A DNA stretch of 63,912 bases from Gemmatimonadales bacterium (lineage in GTDB: Bacteria > Gemmatimonadota > Gemmatimonadetes > Gemmatimonadales > GWC2-71-9), in NCBI GenBank assembly GCA_036566495.1, contig DATCWE010000049.1, positions 1-63,912 of the forward strand, given 5' to 3'. The notes beneath the pieces are model-generated. The model was given only the letters and a program-made list of their open reading frames with translations. It had not been told where the DNA came from and searched no databases. Of this stretch, positions 34,545 through 43,670 are shown in pieces; within the stretch, counting starts at the first letter, position 1, and every line of letters begins with the position of its first letter. The position numbers and the translations under genes are program-made.

Positions 34545-35117
34545 TTAGAGCAGGGCGGAGAGGGGGGTGGGGACCTGTTCGCAGCGAGGTTCCGGTTCGC
34601 TATAGCGATCCGAAGCCGTGTACAGGCGATTCCATTCCTCGCGAAGGCAGAAGGGGTCTGATCCGTAGGCCCGGTCTACCGCCAGCACGCCATCGAGATG
34701 GTCGATTTCGTGCTGCAGGAGCTCGGCGCGATCCCCCTCCAGCTCGATCTCGTTGCTTTCGCCCTTGAGATCCTGGTAGCGCACGCGGATGTGGTGGGCG
34801 CGCTGCACTCGCACCAGCAAGTTGGGGAAGGAGAAACAATCGTCCCAGACCGAGAAATCCTCCGTGCCGATATCCATGATCTCGGGATTAATAAGGGTCC
34901 AGGGCTGCTCCATCTCGACCTGGACAATCCGGACCGGAGCGCCAATTTGGGGGGCGGCAATCCCGCGCCCGCTGCCAAAGCGCGACTGCCAGTCTCGCAA
35001 CGTCTCGCGCATGTCGTCCACGATGACCCGGACCGCGGTCGACCGGGGCTTGGTAATGAGGTCGCAGCGCGCCCTCAGGATGGGGTCGCCCAGCAGCCGG
35101 ATGCGATGAATCGTCAT
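34545..35117 (-). CDS. def: peptide deformylase (variant motif 2)
   Basis: Motif 1 GIAAPQIG, motif 2 DDCFSFP (canonical form EGCLS), motif 3 HEIDHLDG. Start at MTIHRIRLLGDP. Confidence 0.8.
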   Translation of the reverse strand: MTIHRIRLLGDPILRARCDLITKPRSTAVRVIVDDMRETLRDWQSRFGSGRGIAAPQIGAPVRIVQVEMEQPWTLINPEIMDIGTEDFSVWDDCFSFPNLLVRVQRAHHIRVRYQDLKGESNEIELEGDRAELLQHEIDHLDGVLAVDRAYGSDPFCLREEWNRLYTASDRYSEPEPRCEQVPTPLSALL

Positions 35118-35318
35118 GGTCCTAATCTCCGACTTCGTCCCGGTTTCCTCAAGAGCGGGGGAGATTGGCTTTGGCATTGCTCTTGTTTTTTTAGAGGTAT
35201 TGCCTACTACTACTATCAAATAGCAGAATGCATTAGCCACAGTCTGCTCGGAAGCCTGTGCTTTGGCTCCCCTGGGTGTCATTATGCTAACTCATTGCAG
35301 CACAGCGGCTTCGATAGT

Positions 35319-35347
35319 TTGACAATCCCGACTGTTTTACTTAGGAT
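35319..35347 (+). promoter_or_regulatory. putative suf operon promoter
   Basis: TTGACA (35319-35324), a 17-nt spacer, then TAGGAT (35342-35347). Flanked and overlapped by the direct repeat ATCCCGACTG (35325-35334) / ATTCGACTG (35346-35354). Confidence 0.35.
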
Positions 35348-35389
35348 TCGACTGCATATTAATACCGGTTCCGGAAGGAAATAGGGCCT

Positions 35390-36822
<1,433 letters not shown>

Positions 36823-36823
<1 letters not shown>

Positions 36824-37584
36824 TGCTCGAAATCAAGGCACTGCGGGCTGCGGTCGGCGAAAACGAGATTCTGCGAGGGATCCAGCTCCGCGTGCGCGCG
36901 GGTGAAGTCCATGCCATCATGGGCCCGAACGGATCCGGCAAGAGCACGCTGGCGCAGGTGCTGGCCGGGCACCCCGCATACACGGTTACCGCCGGAAGCA
37001 TCACCCTGGACGGTCAGGATCTGCTCGAATTGGAGCCGGAAGAGCGGGCCCAGGCGGGGGTTTTTCTGGCGTTTCAGTATCCCGTGGAGATCGCAGGCGT
37101 CACCAATGCCTACTTCCTCCGGGCCGCTTACAACGCGCTCCGCAAGGCACGCGGCCAGGAAGAGCTGGATCCAATCGACTTCCTCGACTTGCTGGAGGAG
37201 AAGCTCAAGCTGGTGGGGTGGGGGCCTGAGATCATGCAGCGAGCGGTCAACAGCGGATTCTCCGGTGGCGAGAAGAAACGCAACGAGATTCTCCAGATGG
37301 CGATTCTCGAGCCCAAGCTGGCGATTCTGGACGAGACCGATTCGGGCCTCGACATCGACGCGCTCCGGATCGTGGCCGACGGGGTCAATGCGCTCCGGCG
37401 GCCCGACCGCGCAATTATCGTGGTCACCCACTATCAGCGGCTGCTCAATTTCATCGTCCCGGATTTCGTGCACGTCCTGGTTGACGGGCAAATCGTGAAA
37501 TCGGGCGGAAAGGAATTGGCCCTCGAGCTCGAAGCCCGGGGCTATGAGTGGCTCACCGGCGTGCCGGAGGAAGCCTCCGCGTGA
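36823..37584 (+). CDS. sufC: Fe-S cluster assembly ATPase SufC
   Basis: MLEIKALRA, Walker A GPNGSGKST, FSGGEKKRNEILQ, LDETDSGLD. The ATG overlaps the sufB stop by 1 nt. Confidence 0.96.
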
Positions 37585-38891
37585 ACGAGACCTACGTCGA
37601 CGCGTTCGAGCGGTTTGCCGGCAACGGCGGCGGGCGCGGTCCCGCCGGCTTGGTCGCCAGGCGGCGGGAGGCGTTCGAACGGTTCGCCAAGGCCGGATTC
37701 CCGACAGCCAAGGATGAGGAGTGGCGCTTTACTCCCGTGGCGCCGATCGCGCGGTCGCCCTGGCGTCTGGAGGGACGGGCGAGTGCTCCCCAGGTCCAGC
37801 GGCAGGACCTCGCGCCCTATCGCTTCGGCGCCGCGGAGTGGTGCACGCTCGTGTTCGTGGACGGGCAATTCGATCCGGCGCTCTCGCACCGCCCGGCGCT
37901 TCCCGCTGGAGTCATCGTCGAGCCGTTCGCCGAGGCCCTCGAAGGCTCCCCGGCGCTGATCGAGCGCGCCTTCGCCCGCGCCGCGAGGCCGGACAGCACG
38001 CCCTTCGCCGCGCTCAATGCCGCGTTCGCCAGGGACGGAGCGATCGTGCTGGTTCCCGCCGGGGTGGCGCTGACGGAGCCGATCCATCTGCTTCACGTCA
38101 CCACCGATGCGGCCTCGGGGACGGCGGTGCAGCTTCGCACCGTGCTGCTGATCGAACGCGGCGCCCATGCCCAATTCGTAGAGAGTTATGCGGGCCTGGG
38201 CCCGGCCGTCTCGTTTCACAACGTCGTGACCGAGGTTGTGGTTGGCGAGGGGGCCTGGGTCGAGCATATCCGTATCCAGCGCGAGCACGAGGCCGCGTAT
38301 CATATCGGACTTACCGAGGTGGAGCAGGCACGGGACAGCCACTATCGGTCCTTCACGCTGGCCGCGGGAGGGGCCATTGCGCGGCACGACCTTCGGGCAC
38401 GGCTTTCGGGCGAAAATGTCGAGACGCTGCTTTACGGGCTCTACCTGGGGCGGGGCGATCAGCTGGTCGACAACCATACGACCATCTTTCACGATCAGCC
38501 CAACTGCCGCAGCTGGGAGGTCTACAAGGGGATCCTGGAAGGCAGCAGCCATGCCGTGTTCAACGGCAAGGTATTCGTGAAGCCCGAGGCGCAGAAGACC
38601 GACGCCAAGCAGACTAATCGCAACCTGCTGCTGTCCGAGGGTGCGCGAGTCGATACCAAGCCGCAGCTCGAGATCTTCGCCGACGACGTGAAGTGCACCC
38701 ACGGGGCCACGGTGGGCCGGATCGATGAAAGCGCCTTCTTCTACCTGCAGAGCCGCGGTATCCCTCGGGCCCAGGCGCAGCGGGTGCTGACGTACGCCTT
38801 CGCGGCCGAAGTCGTGAACGAGGTGGCCTCAGCGCCGGTCCGTAACGCCCTCGACCGTCTGATTGCGGCGCGCCTCGGGGTCGAGGTCTGA
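37581..38891 (+). CDS. sufD: Fe-S cluster assembly protein SufD
   Basis: GTG overlaps the sufC stop (GTGA). SufD-like C-terminus (NLLLSEGARVDTKPQLEIFADDVKCTHGATVG). Confidence 0.92.
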   Translation: MNETYVDAFERFAGNGGGRGPAGLVARRREAFERFAKAGFPTAKDEEWRFTPVAPIARSPWRLEGRASAPQVQRQDLAPYRFGAAEWCTLVFVDGQFDPALSHRPALPAGVIVEPFAEALEGSPALIERAFARAARPDSTPFAALNAAFARDGAIVLVPAGVALTEPIHLLHVTTDAASGTAVQLRTVLLIERGAHAQFVESYAGLGPAVSFHNVVTEVVVGEGAWVEHIRIQREHEAAYHIGLTEVEQARDSHYRSFTLAAGGAIARHDLRARLSGENVETLLYGLYLGRGDQLVDNHTTIFHDQPNCRSWEVYKGILEGSSHAVFNGKVFVKPEAQKTDAKQTNRNLLLSEGARVDTKPQLEIFADDVKCTHGATVGRIDESAFFYLQSRGIPRAQAQRVLTYAFAAEVVNEVASAPVRNALDRLIAARLGVEV

Positions 38892-38898
38892 TTCCGGC

Positions 38899-40173
38899 AT
38901 GACGCCCCTCGCCGCTTCCCCCCCGGATTCATCGCGAATCGGTCGCTCCGGCACCGGCTGGGACGTGGCCCGGGTACGAGCCGACTTCCCCATCCTGACC
39001 CGCGAGGTCCGGGGCAGACCGCTGGTTTACCTCGACAATGCCGCCACGGCCCAGAAGCCGGCCGTCGTGATCGAGGCGATGGAGCGGTACTACAAGACGG
39101 GCAACGCCAACGTGCACCGCGGGGTCCATGCGCTGAGCCAGGAAGCGACGCTGGAGTACGAACGGGTGCGCGAGCTGGCCGCGAAGTTCCTGGGGGCAGG
39201 CTCCGCGTCGGAGATCGTATTCACCTCCGGCACCACCGCCGCGCTCAATCTGGTCGCCCAGAGTTACGGGGGATCGGTGTTGCGGCCGGGGGACGAGATC
39301 CTGGTGACGGAGATGGAGCACCACTCTAACCTGGTGCCCTGGCAACTGGTCGCCGAGCGAACCGGTGCCCTCATCAAAGCCATCCCGGTCATGCAGTCCG
39401 GCGGGCTCGACCTCGCGTCGCTGGAAGGACTGCTGGGCGCGCGGACCCGCATCGTCGCGGTGACCCACGCCTCCAACGTGATCGGGGCGATCAACCCGAT
39501 CAACGCCATCGCCGCGATGGCTCACGAGGTGGGCGCAGTCGTCGTGGTAGACGGCGCGCAGTCGGTCCCGCACCTTCGAATCGATCTGCAAGCGATTGAA
39601 TGCGATTTCTTTGCCTGTTCCGGGCACAAGCTGTATGGCCCCACCGGCATCGGCCTGCTGTACGGGCGGCAGTCGTTGCTCGAGGCCATGCCGCCGTGGC
39701 AAGGCGGTGGCGGGATGATCCGGGAGGTGCAGATCGAGCGCAGCAGTTATGCTCCGCCCCCGGAACGCTTCGAGGCGGGCACTCCGCCGATCGCCGAAGT
39801 AGTCGGGCTCGGCGCCGCGCTCGATTACGTCGGCCGGTGGGACTGGGAAGCCCTGGTGGCCTACGAGCAGGACCTCGTGGCAGAGGCCGCCCGCAAGCTC
39901 GGCGGAGTCAGCGGACTCCGCCTGCTGGGCGAAGGTGCCGATCGCGTGAGCGTGCTGTCGTTGGTGCTGGACGGCATCCATCCCCATGATGCCGGCACCG
40001 TGCTCGACACGCTGGGCATCGCGGTGCGGGCGGGACACCATTGTGCTCAGCCGCTGATGCGGAGATTCGGCGTCGCAGCGACGCTCCGGGCTTCGTTCGG
40101 CGCCTACAACACCCATGCGGATATCGACGTGCTGGTCGAGGGACTCCAACGGGCCCGGCAGGTACTGGGATGA
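38899..40173 (+). CDS. sufS: cysteine desulfurase SufS
   Basis: Class V aminotransferase fold. PLP-lysine context SGHKLYGPTG and catalytic Cys context RAGHHCAQP. Confidence 0.93.
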   Translation: MTPLAASPPDSSRIGRSGTGWDVARVRADFPILTREVRGRPLVYLDNAATAQKPAVVIEAMERYYKTGNANVHRGVHALSQEATLEYERVRELAAKFLGAGSASEIVFTSGTTAALNLVAQSYGGSVLRPGDEILVTEMEHHSNLVPWQLVAERTGALIKAIPVMQSGGLDLASLEGLLGARTRIVAVTHASNVIGAINPINAIAAMAHEVGAVVVVDGAQSVPHLRIDLQAIECDFFACSGHKLYGPTGIGLLYGRQSLLEAMPPWQGGGGMIREVQIERSSYAPPPERFEAGTPPIAEVVGLGAALDYVGRWDWEALVAYEQDLVAEAARKLGGVSGLRLLGEGADRVSVLSLVLDGIHPHDAGTVLDTLGIAVRAGHHCAQPLMRRFGVAATLRASFGAYNTHADIDVLVEGLQRARQVLG

Positions 40174-40619
40174 GCAGCGAGCTGGACGAGCTCTACCAGA
40201 GCGTCATCCTCGACCACAACCGTACGCCGCGGAACTTTCACAAACTGGACGATGCGACGGCGCACGCGGAGGGACGCAATCCGCTCTGCGGGGACATGTT
40301 CGACGTCTGGCTCAAGGTGGCCGGCGGGCGTATCGTCGACGTGGCCTTCCTCGGCCAGGGCTGCGCGATCTCCAAGGCCAGCGCTTCGATGATGACCCAG
40401 GCCGTGAAGGGCAAGACGGTGCAGGAGGTTAGGGAATTATTCGAGCAGTTCCACTCGCTGGTTACCGTGGGTGACAGCGGTGGTGGTGGCACGGCTCTTC
40501 CCGCGAAGCTCGAGGTCTTCAAGGGGGTGCGGGCCTTTCCCATTCGGGTCAAATGCGCGACGCTCAGCTGGCACGCCATGAGGCAGGCCCTGGACGCCGC
40601 CCAGAAAGAGGAGACATGA
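40170..40619 (+). CDS. sufU: SufU / IscU-like sulfur-transfer scaffold
   Basis: ATGA overlap with sufS. LYQSVILDHNRTPRNF, NPLCGD, GCAISKASASMM and VKCATLSW motifs. Confidence 0.9.
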   Translation: MSSELDELYQSVILDHNRTPRNFHKLDDATAHAEGRNPLCGDMFDVWLKVAGGRIVDVAFLGQGCAISKASASMMTQAVKGKTVQEVRELFEQFHSLVTVGDSGGGGTALPAKLEVFKGVRAFPIRVKCATLSWHAMRQALDAAQKEET

Positions 40620-41056
40620 CGTACAACGAAATGATGGTGAAGCCGATGCGCGAAGAGGTTACCCGCCTTGGGGTGCAGGAGTTGCGCAGTGTGGCCGAAG
40701 TGGACGGGGCGCTCGGGCCTGGCGAGGGTACCGCACTGGTCTTCGTCAATTCCGTTTGCGGCTGCGCGGCGGGCGCGGCACGCCCGGCGTTGAGCCTTGC
40801 GCTCCGGCACCCGGTCAAGCCGCCACAGCTGTTCACCGTGTTTGCGGGCCAGGACCTCGAGGCCACGGCCCGGGCGCGGAGCTATTTCGCGGAGTATCAG
40901 CCCAGCTCTCCCTCGATCGCCCTCCTGCGCGATGGGGAAGTGGTACATTTCGTCCACCGGCACATGATCGAGGGCCGTGGTCCGGAAGCCATCGCCGCGG
41001 ACTTGATTGCGGCGTTCGAGCGGCACTGCTCCAAGGAGACCGCGAGGAGAGAGTAG
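40616..41056 (+). CDS. bacilliredoxin (BrxA/BrxB, YphP/YqiW family)
   Basis: ATGA overlap with sufU. ALVFVNSVCGCAAGAARPA (the CGC redox motif) and FAGQDLEATARAR...SSPSIALLRDGEVV resemble B. subtilis BrxB. Confidence 0.85.
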   Translation: MTYNEMMVKPMREEVTRLGVQELRSVAEVDGALGPGEGTALVFVNSVCGCAAGAARPALSLALRHPVKPPQLFTVFAGQDLEATARARSYFAEYQPSSPSIALLRDGEVVHFVHRHMIEGRGPEAIAADLIAAFERHCSKETARRE

Positions 41057-41343
41057 TGTCAGGCCACGTGTTCCATCCCGGCCACGAGGAGCTGCACGGG
41101 GTGACCGTCGTCGTCGAAGGCGCCTCCGGCCGGCTCTGGGTCGGCCGCTATCACGAAACCAACGAGCGGGGAGTCGTGTTGCACGATGTCGCGATTCACG
41201 ACCCCGCCATCACGACGGTCGGGCGCGAACCCTGGATCGAGCGGCTGCGAAAGTTCGGAGTCAAGGTCGAAGAGCCCTTCGTGCTGCTGCCCTCCAAAGA
41301 AGCCGGTCCGATCACCCGCCTCACGGATTGGCAGCCTTCCTGA
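41056..41343 (+). CDS. hypothetical small protein (95 aa) terminating the suf operon
   Basis: The GTG shares 1 nt with the bacilliredoxin TAG. Codon bias is like the neighbouring genes. I recognise no family. Confidence 0.45.
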   Translation: MSGHVFHPGHEELHGVTVVVEGASGRLWVGRYHETNERGVVLHDVAIHDPAITTVGREPWIERLRKFGVKVEEPFVLLPSKEAGPITRLTDWQPS

Positions 41344-41388
41344 CCCAAAGCGACCCGCTGTCCCATTCCTCCTCGGAGACCTGAGCGC

Positions 41389-42348
41389 ATGAGCAACACC
41401 AGCGTGATCCAGGTCGATCGCGTCTCCAAGCGGTTCTCCGGCCATACCGCGGTGGACCAGCTCTCCCTGGACGTTCCCAAGGGTGGGATCTTCGGGTTGC
41501 TGGGGCCCAACGGCGCGGGAAAGAGCACCACGATCCGGATGATCATGAATATCATCACCCCCGACGAGGGGCGCATCGCGGTGCTGGGTCACGAGTCTGC
41601 CAGCCGCGATTTATCCGATCGGATCGGCTTCCTCCCAGAAGAGCGGGGCCTCTACAAGAAGATGAAGGTGATCGACCAGCTGACCTTCCTGGGCGAGGCG
41701 AAGGGCATTGGGCGGGCGGTGGCGCGCAAGAAGGCAGGCGCCTGGCTGGAGCGCCTCGGTCTGCTCGACTGGACGATCAAGAAGGTCGAAGACCTTTCCA
41801 AAGGCATGCAACAGAAGGTGCAGTTCATCGGTGCGCTGCTGCACGAACCGGAGCTGCTGATCCTGGATGAGCCCTTCAGTGGCCTCGACCCGGTCAACAG
41901 CCAGGTGATGAAAGACGTGGTGGTGGATCTGGCCCGGGAAGGCCGCACGGTGCTCTTCTCGACGCACATCATGGAGCAGGCCGAGAAGATGTGCGACTGG
42001 ATCGTGATCATCGCGCGCGGGCGCAGCGTGGTCAATGGTGCGCTGGGGGACGTGAAACGGGAGTTCGGCGGGCGCCACGTGGCGCTGGGCTTCACCCGTA
42101 ACCGGGACCGGGCCGCTCGGATCCTGGCCGACCGGAGCCTGATCCAGAAGGTCGATGACTACGGGCCCAGTGCCGAAGTGGAGTTGGCGCCCACGGGTGA
42201 TGCCGATCGCCTGCTGCGAACCCTGGTCCAGGAGGATGTCGGCCTGTCGCGCTTCGAAGTCGTGGAACCCTCGCTGCAGTCCATTTTCATCGCCAAGGTC
42301 GGTGCCGATGCGGCTACCGCACCGGCTCGGGAGGTGGTCCATGCGTAA
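41389..42348 (+). CDS. ABC transporter ATP-binding protein (ABC-2/NatA-like)
   Basis: Walker A GPNGAGKST, signature LSKGMQQK, Walker B LLILDEPFSGLD. Confidence 0.9.
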   Translation: MSNTSVIQVDRVSKRFSGHTAVDQLSLDVPKGGIFGLLGPNGAGKSTTIRMIMNIITPDEGRIAVLGHESASRDLSDRIGFLPEERGLYKKMKVIDQLTFLGEAKGIGRAVARKKAGAWLERLGLLDWTIKKVEDLSKGMQQKVQFIGALLHEPELLILDEPFSGLDPVNSQVMKDVVVDLAREGRTVLFSTHIMEQAEKMCDWIVIIARGRSVVNGALGDVKREFGGRHVALGFTRNRDRAARILADRSLIQKVDDYGPSAEVELAPTGDADRLLRTLVQEDVGLSRFEVVEPSLQSIFIAKVGADAATAPAREVVHA

Positions 42349-43657
42349 GGTTTGGGCCGTCATCCGGCGGGAGTTTGTGGAGCGAGTCCGGACCCGCGCG
42401 TTCATTCTCAGTACGCTCTTGTTCCCGCTCTTCATGGGGATCCTCGTCGTCCTGCCGGCCTACCTGATGAGCCGCAGCACCGGAACCAAATCGATCGCTC
42501 TGGTCGATGCGACGAGCGACGACCTGGGCCAGCGCCTCGAGACGGCGCTGCAGGCTGCCCGGATCGGGAAAGGCCCGGACGCCTTGCCCCGCTATTCGGT
42601 CACCCGTTTCGCGGCACGCGACCGCGCGGACCAGGTCCGTGACTCCTTGGTGCCGTCGACCGGCCTCTCGCGAAAGACCAGCGCCGCCTGGGACGGCATC
42701 CTGGTCGTGGGAGACTCGACCGTGCCCAGCGGCAAGGCGTACTACTACGGCGCCAACGTGGCCAGCTTCGACGACATGCGCGACCTCGAGCAGACCCTGC
42801 GGCCGATGGTGATCGCCAAGCGGCTGGAAGGAATGGGCGTGGACCTTGCCACGGTCATGAAATCGGTCGAGGGAATCGACCTGACAACCACCAAGGTGGC
42901 CAACGGCAAGCTGACCGCCGAGAGCGGTGCATCGACCTTTGCGCTGGCCTACGCGATGGGGTTCATCCTGTACTTTTCGCTGCTGATCTTCGGAACTCAG
43001 GTGATGAGCTCGGTCATCGAGGAGAAGAACAACCGGATCGTCGAGGTCCTGGCTTCGAGTCTCACGCCGTTCCAGATGATGCTGGGCAAGGTGGTCGGCG
43101 TCGGCATGGTGGCCCTGCTGCAAATCGGCCTCTGGGTGGGGATCGCGACCTATCTCCACGGACACCAGCAGCAGCTCATGCATGCGTTCGGGGTCACCAG
43201 TGCGGCCGGCGGGCCAGGGATCAGCCTGCCCGCCATGCAGCCCGACCTCATGGCGGTCTTTTTCCTGTTCTTTTCGCTGGGCTTCCTGCTCTTCGCCGCC
43301 GCCTATGCGGCAGTAGGAGCCATGTGCAGCACCACGCAGGATGCGCAACAGATGCAGATGCCGGTGATGATCTTCGTGCTGGCCGGGTTTCTCTCGACCT
43401 TCGCGCTGATGCGGGACCCCAACGGGACCGCTGCGCACGTGCTCACCTTCGTGCCGATGCTGACCCCATTCGTCGTTCCGCTGCGTTATTCGATCTCACC
43501 GCTGCCGCCGTTGGAGTTATTGACCTCGATTGGGGTGACCGTGGTGGGGATGCTGTTGATCGTCTGGGTGGCGGCGCGGATTTACCGGATCGGCATCCTG
43601 AGCTACGGGAAGAAGGCGAGCCTCCGAGATATGGTCCGGTGGGTCCGCTCGGCCTGA
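42341..43657 (+). CDS. ABC-2 type transporter permease (NatB-like)
   Basis: The ATG overlaps natA-like by 8 nt. N-terminal TM, large extracytoplasmic loop, then 5 C-terminal TM helices. Confidence 0.8.
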   Translation: MRKVWAVIRREFVERVRTRAFILSTLLFPLFMGILVVLPAYLMSRSTGTKSIALVDATSDDLGQRLETALQAARIGKGPDALPRYSVTRFAARDRADQVRDSLVPSTGLSRKTSAAWDGILVVGDSTVPSGKAYYYGANVASFDDMRDLEQTLRPMVIAKRLEGMGVDLATVMKSVEGIDLTTTKVANGKLTAESGASTFALAYAMGFILYFSLLIFGTQVMSSVIEEKNNRIVEVLASSLTPFQMMLGKVVGVGMVALLQIGLWVGIATYLHGHQQQLMHAFGVTSAAGGPGISLPAMQPDLMAVFFLFFSLGFLLFAAAYAAVGAMCSTTQDAQQMQMPVMIFVLAGFLSTFALMRDPNGTAAHVLTFVPMLTPFVVPLRYSISPLPPLELLTSIGVTVVGMLLIVWVAARIYRIGILSYGKKASLRDMVRWVRSA

Positions 43658-43670
43658 CTGCCCGAGGGGA

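Noticed and set aside
35150-35192. Plus-strand terminator-like element: CAAGAGC, 22 nt, GCTCTTG, followed by T7.
   Set aside because: There is no plus-strand gene upstream to terminate, and the loop is too large for a classical intrinsic terminator. I kept it only as part of the description of the def-sufB control region.
38929-40149. 406-aa minus-strand ORF antisense to sufS.
   Set aside because: It is a shadow ORF of a clearly identified cysteine desulfurase, with no family resemblance.
42072-42085. Perfect 14-bp palindrome GCGCCACGTGGCGC, considered as a third parS-like site.
   Set aside because: It shares only the central CACGTG with parS and lacks the TTTCAC/GTGAAA arms. It lies inside the ABC ATPase CDS and is GC-rich enough to occur by chance.
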